DNA of 64,000 nucleotides from Spironucleus salmonicida (Eukaryota): NCBI RefSeq assembly GCF_000497125.1, contig NC_090601.1, positions 1 to 64,000 of the forward strand, read 5' to 3'. Shown piece by piece: positions 12,246 to 24,229 of this stretch (position 1 is its first letter; each line of letters starts with the position of its first letter). The notes under the pieces were generated by a model. It saw only the letters and a program-made list of their open reading frames with translations, ran no database searches and was not told where the DNA came from. The position numbers and the translations under genes were made by a program.

Positions 12246-13579
12246 TAAATGGAGGTATGATAGGTACATTCGATATGTAGTGGATAGCATTAGCCAAATG
12301 GCGCTTGTGAATTGTCTGGGTAACTTATTGAACGCATTTTGAAGGAATAGCATTTTAGTTAAATTTAATGTATAATAAAATATGAAATCTCGATTTTTAA
12401 AGCGCTTCCGCTATCGATGAGAGGCTGCGACATTTAAGACTTTAAAATTACTGCTCTGATAATTAAAATTATATCATATGATATTTTATAAAAATAAGCA
12501 TAGCTAGTGTTATTATATAGGGAAACTCAAATTATACATATGAGCAGATTTAGTTATATTTATATTTACTAGTATAAGTTTTGTTTACTGAGTATACAAT
12601 ATTGGTATTTAATATATATTGTAAACATTTAGCATTATTTTATATCAAAAATTCAGGTTAAAACTAATTAGTTCTAAATATTTGATATTCTTATAATTCA
12701 TAGCATATTTGTGACTCAAAACCAGAACATTATATCCTATGGAATGCATTAGCAACAATTTAATGCATAGTGCTAGTGATAAATTTGATACTGTGCAGGA
12801 TTAGTTAAGTTAAATACATCATGCAGATCATGTCTAATACTGAGTAAACGATATTTACCTAAACTAGTATTGTAATTATTACCAACTGCATCGAAATATA
12901 CTTATTAAGGAAAAAGCTTTGAAATCTATTTTGTATTTAGTTTCTGTATGCCAGCTAATTACCTACTGCGCGCCTTGCTAATATATTATATATCTGCATA
13001 GTTATAAAATACCCAAGTAGTAAAATAAGCGCTCTAGCAGCCCAACATAGCAGGATCACTCCTCTCAAATACATAGAGTCCTGTAAAACCACACGAATAA
13101 TATATTTAGTAAGATCTCTTTACATCTCTTGGCGAATCTCACATCCTGAGCGCCTACTGATACATCTTGCACAAGAATTTCACTTGCTTTTATTATTGTT
13201 ACTCTGATTCGCTCTGCTAACTCCTATCTAATAAAATAATAGTATATCATACACTATCATGGATGTTCCAAGCCAGAGAAAGTAGATACTAGATCGTGCT
13301 AGGTCAGCTTTTGGCAACAGGCCCCTATTTTTTTCAAAACATAATTAACAGGAGGTTATTAGTTAGGATCAATTAAAAGGGATTATTGCGAGCGGAGACG
13401 AAACGAAGGGCAGTAACCTCCTATTGGGCTACTGATCCCTAAGAGGACCATGGTTAATCGTAACTAAACCCTGGTAATGATAATCTATCTGAAATATTCA
13501 TCTTTTAAAAGTAATGTAATTTATAAAGTTCAATATTGACATACTATATAAATATTACTTATTATATAATTTTAACAGA

Positions 13580-14119
13580 TTTTAGAAATGATAAAGTACC
13601 ATTGCAAATAATAAACTATAAATATTTTAAATTGGTTTATTAAGATTCGTATGATCGTATCAATAATTAATAGCACATCCTTCCTGAAATTGAATATAAG
13701 ATGTTTTATGATTAGTTTAAATTACCATTCGATGAGTATACTATTGATCCAACAGTAAAAATATAAATTTGAATGCATGTTTCAGCTATTAAACAAAGAT
13801 AGATTTGGAGATTACAAAAACAACAGTAATTATTAAAAGATATCTTACAAGTGAACTTAATTCAGCTAAGTTCTTTAGACACTTAAATACAGTTTATATA
13901 AAATCAAATTAATGTGATGAAACCATTAGTATCTTAATATCTAAAAGTTTAATTCTGCAGCCTTTGAATCGAACTATATTTGTTTGCAAAGATATGACAA
14001 ATAGAACTAATTAATTATCATTTAATATTTTAAATTAAACTGAAAGTAAAAGAGTTGCATCACAAGCAGAACTTTAACAAGAATCAGTTTATATCTTTTG
14101 TAGGTTTTTGGTAAAGTGA
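13580..14119 (+). pseudogene. Frameshifted ORF; possible minor capsid (penton-like single jelly-roll) protein
   Basis: Reads …NDKVPLQIINYKYFKLVY…KLPFDEYTIDPT, then a frameshift near 13745-13760, then …HLNTVYIKSNQCDETISILISKSLILQPLNRTIFVCKDMTNRTNQLSFNILNQ…SVYIFCRFLVK* (AAG-TGA at 14119). The beta-strand periodicity resembles Polinton/PLV penton C-termini. It lies directly upstream of the ATPase. Confidence 0.35.
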
Positions 14120-14164
14120 CATTCATTCATTTAATTTATTATTATTTTTGCTTCAATTAAATAT

Positions 14165-15234
14165 ATGGAGTACAATATACAATCAGACGAAATTCAATTT
14201 TTGATATAAAAAACAAAAAAATACTCGGATGCAACCGTCCGGACCCCAGGAGGTCTAAATTAAAATAATGGTTATGGTTATTTTGGACTTATGGGTTCAG
14301 CAGGAACAGTCAAAACGTATTCAATGAATAAAATAAATTAAGCATATTAGATTAAAGTAAACTATCAAAGTATAATTTAGATGACCCTTATTTAAACAAT
14401 TGAGCTATAACTCATACATTCTTCTTAAGTCCAACTATCGATTGTGATTAAACTTATTAAAAATCAAAAAGCAAAGACAATAGAATTAATATACCATTTG
14501 TTGATTCGAATGGAAGGACTTCAAAATAAAAGTTATTAATGTTATGTTAAGAATTATAGAAAATGAAAACTATTATAAATCTATCATTGATAACATAAGA
14601 TTAGATACGAACTACTTTAAAAGATAAAGAAATTAAAAAATGGAGATCAAAAACTATTCTTTCAAGTTTTTAAAAACATACTTTCACAATTCGAGTGGGT
14701 AAAGCAATAGTAGTAAGAATGTTTAGTTTTATAGAAAGATTGCTTAGGTGATGTTGTTGATTAATATATGTAATTTCTGTATGAATAAATTGGATTGCGT
14801 TTTAATAAATATTGGATATGAAGATAAAAATAGTTTTATTATTAGATGACATGAGTGGAAGTTCTGTATTTCAAATTACAGCTGAATCTGATCTCTATAA
14901 ACTAATTATTTAAAGAAGATATCTTGGAATTTGGGCAACCATTTCATGTTTACATTCTATTAAGAAATTGTATGGACCTTTTAGATAGTTGTTTACAGCT
15001 TTCTTGTTAATGAACGGTCTCAAGGAAGAACATATAAAAGATATCTTTGAGGATATTGGAAGGATAACAAGTTAAGAATTCGAATCGAAATAGTTTATTG
15101 AATTGTATAATAGATCCATTGGCTATTTTGAAAACGACTATTCGAAGAGAGGCTAATTCAAATATAGTTTTTTATATATAATTATTTAACCAGACCCAAT
15201 GATCTTTATAAACTTTGATAAGCAAGTTAAGTGA
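14165..15234 (+). pseudogene. Degenerate A32-like (FtsK-HerA superfamily) viral genome-packaging ATPase
   Basis: ATG at 14165. Walker A GLMGSAGTVKT (14285-14317; G to V substitution). FFLSPTIDCDQTY (about 14419, different frame). Walker B KIVLLLDD (about 14830-14850). LYKLIIQRRYLGIWATISCLHS corresponds to the A32 R-H…Q motif region (about 14911). Ends …FINFDKQVK* (AAG-TGA at 15234). Several frameshifts and internal TGA codons. Confidence 0.7.
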
Positions 15235-15293
15235 ATATCTGTTAATTTTTATCTATATTTAAAAGATAGTACCTTCATTTTTTAACCAAAGAA

Positions 15294-16234
15294 ATGGTTA
15301 AGTTCATAAACACAAAACTGCTTATTGAAGAAAATAAAAGAGACGATCTAACTTTCATCGAAGTAGTAATAAACAATGAACCCATAAAGATAAATAAAAA
15401 AGCTAGTACTAAATAGAAATTTGAAAGTAATAAAATATGTAGCAAAGTTGAATAAATAAGATTGCTTAATAAAGATAGAGAAGTAATAGTTGTACTACCT
15501 TAAGAACTTGAACAATAGAACTATTATCATACTCCTGATGTACTTAGCACTATGCAAGAGTATAGTAAGTTTATAATAATTAATAAGATTGAAACATATC
15601 AATTTGGCTCATACTATAAACAAATCTAATATTTATTAGATGACAAACAAGTGAAAGATATTTAAGCTATTAAGCCAGCTTCAAGAGAACTATATTTCTG
15701 ATACAAAAGGATTAAAAAAAACAATAATAAGAACCAAATAACTATGGTCGCCTTTGGGCTTCTACTTCTTAAAGATCATAACGTATCTTTTAAAGAAACC
15801 TTTTTTTAATAAACAAAAAGGGATCGATAAGCATTAGTAAAAGAACAAGAATCAAAACCAACTCACAAGGAGGCAATATCAATTCTATAAAATAAGATAG
15901 CTTAGAGTACTACGCAAAAGAGGTTATCAAGAATATTGAAGTACTTCCAAAAAGTTCTGATGTTGAACCTTCAAGTAAAATAAACTTCAGTCAAACCAAT
16001 TATAATAATATGCAATTCTCTTTATTAAAGTTTGAAGAGGATAGTAATAATACTAAGTTTGGTCATTATAGTAAAATATTAATAGCAAGATATATTTCTT
16101 TAGAATTAATAGACATACTATTGTATGACATGGTTGAATAAGTTGTAGCGTTATCAAAGTATTGTTTTATGGGTAAGAAATAGGGTGACGTTAGACTGTA
16201 CAACACGATGATTATTTTATATACAATTCTGTGA
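15294..16234 (+). pseudogene. Degenerate K/N/I-rich ORF of the putative viral element, function unknown
   Basis: ATG at 15294 (MVKFINTKLLIEENKRDDLTFIEV…). Open for about 135 codons, then an internal TGA near 15698 and a frameshift near 15910, continuing (EVIKNIEVLPKSSDVE…) to TGA 16234. It may extend further. Confidence 0.45.
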
Positions 16235-16539
16235 GAGAACTAATCAACTTCATCTAAAGTATGCAAGATTTATTTATAAGAATTAATTAATAGAGTTTTG
16301 AAAAACAATAAACGAAAAGATTTTATTAAATTAGTTGAGAATCTATTTTAGATAGTAACTAACACGTTGATATGGTGTGTAGTGTGAAAGCGTTTTTAAA
16401 TCTTTTTTTAAGTTTAAGAGTTTATCACTATTTTCAGAACTTATGAACGACCATTTCTAGTTTTGATTTATAGGATGGCGCTTAGTAGTGTGTAATACGT
16501 ATTAAAAGTGTAAATCTTGAGAAAGTTATTTTTTAAAAA

Positions 16540-17750
16540 TTCAAGTCTTTTACGGGAGCAATGCGACTGTAAAAGGATTAACTATTTTAAAAATGACTTT
16601 CGCAAGTTTATGCTTTTAGTACTTATTACATACTACTTCTGTATTTTAAACATCTCTATTAAAATACTTCTATCCATTGTCCATCACCTCTTCAAATATT
16701 GATTCTAATAAACTTGTAATCTAATTTTAAATTAGAAATCCTATAGGAATGATGTTACCGTTTTATTTAAAATATCTAATATTTGCAAACGCATATTTGT
16801 CTTAATAATTAGACTTGCCGTAATATAGACCAATATAAGGTGCATCTATTATGATTTCAAAGAGTATGTTAATGTTAAAGCTATTTTAAAAGTCTTCAAA
16901 GGAGTTATTGTATTTTAAATCCATTTAATCTAGTTTGAAATCCTTTCTTATAGTCTCAATTATGTTATCGTTTTCATTAGTATATTTATCATAATTAATT
17001 TCGGGTTCTTGTATTTATGACACATACCGTAATTTTGATATCTTATCTATTTCATGATTAAGTTTGTTTAGCATTCTAGGTTCTAAGCCTTTTTGAATTA
17101 TTGTTTTAAGTTATATTTTCATTTATTCATATTTGATATTTTAAGCTCTTATTTAACTAACCTTTTCGGTGTACCATCTTTATTTAATGAATTGGTTGTC
17201 GAATCTATATGTTTCGTTTTTAATCTTTTGTATCTTGGTTTTCACTTTATTGTCTAAGATGTTTATGTAATCGTTACGTCTTTCAAATTAATTGTAGTCT
17301 ATCTTTTTGAAATTGCTTTTATATATTCGTTATATTTATGTCTTTAGCTCTTTAGTTTGATCTTCAGATAAGTTACCCTTAGCTACCTCGTTTAGTTTTA
17401 TTTATAACGTTTAAAAGTTGTTAGGAATGTTTTTATATTTATCATTTTATGGTTATGTATCAGCGTTAAGCTTACTTTATACCGATTGTATTGTTGAGAA
17501 TCAAGTTGTGGCTGAGGCTTATTTGTTATAGGTGAAAAATAGACCATTAATGTATATAATACTTTTGATATATATTTATACTTTGAATTTCTTCTCTTCT
17601 TTTTTTTGTGTTCTGTTTTCTTTCCAAATGTTAGAAGTGGTTCCAGGGTTTTTATTTTATTTGCTTTTTGACCGTTGTATTGTATCGGTAAATCGTTTAA
17701 TATGTACGTTATGTCTCTAAAAATGCCTAGTGGCTTTTAAAACGAAAACG
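16540..17750 (-). pseudogene. Degenerate K/N-rich ORF(s) of the putative viral element, convergent with the + strand cluster
   Basis: Long open stretches in alternating minus frames under code 6 (e.g. LNEVAKGNLSEDQTKELKTQ…, IQKGLEPRMLNKLNHEIDKISK…, ILFEIIIDAPYIGLYYGK…), broken by frameshifts. Confidence 0.4.
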
Positions 17751-18622
17751 TGTTTGTGAAATTTAGGAGTTTAAACGTGTCAGTATACTACTACTTAATA
17801 ACAATATAACATCCGATAGCATCCTATAATCCTCATTTATAAGACCTGTTATTAACTGTAACTAATAAATTACGCAAAATCATAGTTCCAATATAATGGA
17901 ATTATAATACAACGCATCACCTGATACATGCTACCCTAGTATTGTTATCTTTGACAAGCAGCATTTTTCTACTTTCAGTCGTATCAGGGAAGATATAAAG
18001 AATCATTCATATATATAAGTAATCGTAATATATTTAATATATCTCTGACGTTACTCTTAGTATCTGTATATCAATGTACTATGAACTAAGCTTAATTCAT
18101 CGACAACAATAAAAATTCATACAACTAATTATATTATATCAAAATTGACAGTTTGTACGTAGAGACGTATTATATGCATCTTTAGCCAGATACTTTGTTG
18201 TAATGCTTACATGATTGTGGACAAAATGTGTAATAAAAATATTTAAAACCATGATAGTATATTTGGGATCCCGAAGATATATTTAAAACATGAATATATA
18301 CAAACAATTATAATATTATGAAAAGTTACTCTTTTTTGTGCTACATATTATAATAGAAACTTACATATAATAAATAAGAATTATATTTTCATCACGTATG
18401 AAAGTTGTGTACCACAGAGGCTTGATATATTAATATAAAATAAATAGTTGAAAAATACCATTATTTAATAATTAAAATTTATAATAGATTGTCCTCATTA
18501 GATACTCAATGATTGTATTTGATTAAACCTACGATTAAATATTTACGTTTCATGAATTACATCTAGGATTTGATGGTCCATCAAATATATTAGTATCCAA
18601 TAAATTTTCAATAAAAATGTCA

Positions 18623-21600
18623 TCACTATTATAAAATAACTATTTGGACCACGCCCTCCGCTATGCCAACGACAATAATATTAAGCGCTACAAACAACTT
18701 CTAAATTTACGTAGCATTTTACTTTTCTGAGCCTAGGACTAAAAACTAGTCGCTCGCGAAACTAAGCTACTGCTCTGCAGTTAACGTCCCCAAACTACCT
18801 TCCACAACACTGATGCTAACACCGAATACTTCACCCTCTTTTTGCTATAGCTATTCCACATCTATAAAATTTGTATATATAGGCTTTGATATCAAATATT
18901 TATAAAACTATTCATCTTAGTTGTAAGTTGCAAACTTCTTAAGATAATTGAGATAATCAATATCTTTTAACTCAATAGACCGTTATCTTGCAGAATTGAC
19001 CTAGATCAAATCTGCAACTTTATAATTATTTTTCAAAATAATAATATTGCTAGTAACTGCGATAATAATGCATCTGTAATCATCAAATTCTTCTAGTAAC
19101 CTATTATAATCAGTCAATTATATTTTTTTCTATTTTGCGTACTTCCACTAAAGTTATTCGCTTTATTTTAGTTTTACAATATCTTCTATCATAGCATTAG
19201 TTAGTGAATATATATAGCCTTGTTTATTAAAATATTGATTAAAATTATCTATATTAAGCTAAACTAAATCCTAAATTATATCTATCTTACTTATTAATGG
19301 TTTTTGTATTGGTTCCTAATGTATATCAAATGATGTCGTATTCTTGACACTAAATATAATTTAGTTATTGCATTGCCACTAAAATACTACACTTAATTAC
19401 ATTTAATCTAAGAGCTAAGATATATCGGTCAGCTACTTGAAAATAAACTAAAATTCAGTAAAATTATCTTTAATGCTTAGAATGTTAAATAGATCGTACA
19501 ATTTACCTACCACAACTGATGGATCTTTAATGAGTCTAAGATCTAGCATAAGAACAGTTTAGTGTGTCTAGGTTAGCTGAAATTTATCGCAACAAAAGAC
19601 TTTTTGTCTAGAATCGAATACCTAATTAAAAAAGTTTAGTTCCTGTACGGGCTCTACACTCACCATACCAGTTAAGTTAGGCAAGCTAGTCTCAGTGTTT
19701 AGGCCTTCAGGTTTCTTGATAAATATGTAAATGTTACCTAGATGGTTGGCTATGCTAAACTTATGCTTGCTCTGAATAAAACTATCGAAAATAGTGCTGT
19801 ACTCATCTTCTTATGTCAACTAATAGAACTGATACTGTCTACTTTTGTCGGCTAGGTCGAAAATTTTTTTAATACGCTCAACCCTTTTAGCGTTCTCTTT
19901 CTCTTGCTCCTGCGTAACTAACGCAGATGCACTCATATAGAACTTTTCATGATCATTTTCCTCACCAGTATATTCAAAGATCAAATCTGCCGTTTTTGAA
20001 TCCAGACCTATCTGCAATACATTTTTAAGGCCAAATGGCATGATTTTTTAGTTCAGGAAGTCTGGTATATAGTGCCCGCACTCTACTGGCAACACATAAC
20101 AACCTTCTATCATATCTAATGACAAACCACTACAACTATATCCATGGAAGGTTATGATGAAATCAAAAATTTTGTGATCTTGATCTAGTACAGGCTAAAA
20201 ACACATTTTTTTGTCAAACGGGATTATTATAATTAACGATGCAATTTTTTCTTATCTTACTAAAATCTCGAACGCTTCGCACGCAGCCTATACTGAGTCT
20301 TTGAGTATTTAGTTATATACAGCTGCATCCTCCCCTTTGTGATCATAAGCCCTGTTGTTATCACTAAATTCATGTAGCGCATAATCTAGCGTTGGATTCA
20401 AGAACATGATTTTTTGATTGTCTTGCGCAAATGCTTCCACCAGATTTTAATAAAAGGTTATTTTTATCTTATTATTGACAATAGCCTGTACATATACACT
20501 TCCGCGGTTTAGGGTCTGAATAACCTTCTTCAAATTCTCGAGTAAAGTATTAGACTGCCTAGAAATAATCATAACTAGCAATATAACATTCAAAAACTCC
20601 AATAGGATACTTCGACTAAAAAACTTGGAAAGGTCTTACGACAAGGACTGAATTTTTTCTGCTTTGAATATATTTTACGAAAATGTTTCAATAAATTTCT
20701 TCATCAGCTGATAGTTTAAAACGGCCACTACTTCTGAGTTTAACGTTGTCGATGCTATACAACTAATATTATAATTGCTTTCATTATTCAATAAATTAAA
20801 TTTGTACGTACCTTTAGTTAGTACAAAATTTGCAGAATCCCTTACATCTTTGCTTATAATAATATTTTCAAAGGTTTGGGTAAGACTGCACAACTAATAT
20901 ACGTCGCTTTTCACATTGTTCACAGTAATTTAGTGACGCTTAACGGCGTTAAAATTATTAAGTTGCTTTGACTCTTTGTCTTTTAGGAACCATATAGACG
21001 GGCACACCGATGAGCACATAAACTGCATCTCAACCGATTTCTCCGTCATCATCGAGTACAGTAGCGATATCAAAATTGGTGTTTCTTCAGCAAACGTCTT
21101 GACTGTATCTGCTATAGCACCTACTGAATTGGTGTAACCAGTAGCATCCACTACCATCCTACGTTGCTCGTACTGCAAGCTAGACAGCAATGACGCGTGA
21201 GGCTGTACATATCCTAATATTTAAGTATTAATGTAACCCATATTAGCTCTACTTGACATGGCATTGTAGCAAAACTAATTTACTGTAAGAAAATTAATTA
21301 CGGTGAGATCAGTTCCCACCATAATTACAGTAGACTGCTCTACATTTGGTACAAATAACAATTTCGTGGTGTCAAAAGTTTTTTATAAGCTTTCTAATAA
21401 TGGTTTATGTTCTTCATGAAACATTGAAATAAAATTGTCAACCTATTATTCTTTGCGTTGATCTTCTTCCAAATCTGGCGACTTACTAACACCAAAGTAC
21501 TCTTAGATTAACTCTTTAACCGAATATTTCCAAAATTTTTCCATAACAAATTATATGCTAATGACTGTATTTGCTATTATATCCTTAGGTCTTAATGTAA

Positions 21601-23896
21601 TCGCGTCTAGTTTTACAGCTATCATTGCTATAATTGAAAAAGTCTTCCAAAACGCTGTTTCTACCCCTCTGGGGTTGAACAACGATAGGATCAATTTGTA
21701 GAAATTCGTTTCAAAATCTTCATAGTATTGTCCTCGATTCCTGTAAGATACCATTCCTGAAAAGAATATTTCTCTAAATTATGTTCTGTTCCTAATGTTT
21801 AATATCTGCGGTGAGTGAACGACTAACTCGTCGAGAAGGTCGTAATCATCAATCTCGAGGCGAAGGTACTCCATCGCTATGAGAATGTACTCTGATTTTC
21901 CTAGTAAACTATTAAGAGACTTCAAATATTCCACTATAATTTCTTGGTTGCCGTGTATAGTATAGAATTTCTAATCTGCATTTTGTGATTAAACACTGGT
22001 TATAATGTTTTCAAGAGTTTGATACAAGTCTATACCTTTATTTTAGAATCGATCTGTCATACTAATTTTGCCCAGTTCAGTTTTTGCTAATTCTAGAAGC
22101 TCTTTACTCAGAAGCGGCAAAATAACATTGATAGCTAAATCATGTTCTTTATATTCGATAGCTGCGAATGTAGTTATCGCTTTAAACTCATCACTATCCA
22201 ATGTGGTTTATATCTCTCTATACTATTTTTTGCCTAACTAAATCAGTTTCTCCTCATAACGCATGAAGATCATCTGGCACAACTTAACGCATTTAGGGAA
22301 CTTACTCTTCTGAGATTATAAGCACTCATCAACTAGAATAATAGGTGTTTAATGCTATGCTTGTTTCTTTGATCTTTCCAATATTTAGTCATCTAAAATA
22401 CCAGAGGTATCATCATCCTTTTTGTAAATAAAAAAATTCTGGTTTTCAAACAATTCAAATTTTGTAAATATGTGATTGTTATATTACAGGTTCTTCACAG
22501 TATCTAATAGATCAAAAGTAGCATCCCCTTTATCATTCTTAATATCCTTAATATCCTTAATATTTTCTATGAAAATTACCATTTTATAAAATAGGTGTGA
22601 AACTTTGCCTAGACTTGTCAATTAGAATTAATGAAAGTTGCACACACTTTGAAGTATAGTATTATTAAAATCTTTATCTTTCTTCAAATCTTCAACTTCC
22701 TTTGAATCTTTCTATTTATTTAAATCTTCAACTTCCTTTAATTCTTTATCTTCTTTTAAATTTTTAACTTTACTTATTTTTTTAATTTCGCTTAAGTTAT
22801 ATACATCTATGTATTATTAGGCTAGGCTGCTATGAAAATTTTCTGTGTAATACTTATATAGAGGTTAATCCTTATTAGGGTCCCTATTAAACAATATTGG
22901 AACATTTCCGATCAGGAGGTGGAAAAAGTACTGCGTGTACAAAGCTACACTTTTCCCAGACCTGGAACTCTGGCTTATGACAGCATTCGTAAGAGTGTCG
23001 TTAAGATCATTTTTAACCAACGAGAATAGTGCAAAATACTCCGCCTTGAAGAGGTAGGACACGTGGCATAGCTGCTGGAACATGAACAGGCAGATCCCGG
23101 TGTCGAGAAAGTGGAAGGGGAGCTGGAACAGGTTGATAAGCTCAAATTCATCCAACTATGGTTTTTCTTATTCGGTGAATGACTCTCCCTTGTAAATCTT
23201 ATTCGATACCTCAAATATCTTTTTAAGTAAATCCAAGTCTTCACCATACACATCTCTTGTTATAGTGTTCTTCTTTAACTTTTTAAACTAAGTATCATAC
23301 AACCTGAATGCAGAGTAGCCAAAAATCAACGGCAGAATTAGATGGTACTCTCCTACCTTCTGGTACTTAATTGCTGCTAGCTGCAACAGTACCTGATTTT
23401 CATGAAAGTTTAAATCTTCTATAACTTCAGGCTAGAGAAGTTATTCCGTGTCGAAACTATTGTAAAGCGAAAAATACTACAAATCATAACCTTCGATGCT
23501 CTATGCAAATTTAGCAAAATAATAGTCGCAGGTGCATTTTATCGAAAGAACCCTAAGCCCCATCTGTGCTGCAACTAGGCCTATATTGTCCCAAAATTTT
23601 GGATCTCGCGATTTAATTATCTTTTTTAATTATGATATTTAAAACCGCATATTCTGAGCTATTTTTCCCAGCTTCTTGTAGAGCAGGACGACCTAGACCG
23701 CGCACAGCTACTCTTTCGTTGTAATAGTTGCACGTAGAATATATTACTATTGACCATCAAGCTAGATTGATTGACTAATTTCATTATCTCTTATGGTAAA
23801 CTTAATCTATAAAATAGTGTTACTAACTATTACATTTTTATTAGCATCAACTGAAAATGGAATAGCTTCAAACTCGACAAATAAATCTTCAGTCAT
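18623..23896 (-). CDS. Large (1757 aa) subtelomeric protein, copy B; paralog of 3486-8900
   Basis: ATG 23896 ([17 protein letters not shown]) to TAG-TGA-TGA at 18623 (…VVQIVILQQ*). Track ORFs 22865-23155, 21551-21754, 20930-21190, 20675-20893 and 19820-20041 share this frame. Motifs: [28 protein letters not shown]…VLPVECG. Confidence 0.88.
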
Positions 23897-24229
23897 TTAA
23901 TAAGGAAATAGGAAAGATGTAAAGTAAAATATATCAATATTATACATTAATGTAATATTATACTTTGAAGAAAAAACTCTACTTGCATTTATAATACATA
24001 ATTTAATACATATTATAATTAATGAATGTTAAGCGTTTTACGAACTAAAAAGTATAAAATGAACTCGTGTAACTTTTCCATCTCCCTTTAAGCACTAGTA
24101 TGGAATTAATAATATACAATACTACTTAACTATCACGCATTATTAGTAAATATAGGAGTTTCCTAAAAATACATTAGCTCATCCGCTATGCATGATCCCA
24201 CGCATCCCTATCGTTAGTGGATCCAATAA

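Larger units (their letters stand above)
13580..17760. mobile_element. Decayed endogenous viral element, Polinton-like/virophage-like; boundaries approximate
   Basis: Tightly packed, AT-rich, frameshifted ORFs, including one with the ordered A32 packaging-ATPase motif set and an upstream ORF with minor-capsid-like patterning. No polymerase, integrase or terminal inverted repeats were recognised. Confidence 0.6.

Noticed and set aside
13259-13435. Short ORF MDVPSQRKQILDRARSAFGNRPLF… faintly resembling a non-LTR reverse-transcriptase thumb (RI.KAR.AF)
   Set aside because: Only 58 aa, with no YADD or YLG motifs seen nearby; the resemblance is too weak to call.
14400-17130. TGA read as Trp inside the virus-like ORFs
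   Set aside because: The internal TGAs coexist with multiple frameshifts and a mutated Walker A, and the ORFs also end in TGA. Simple decay explains them.
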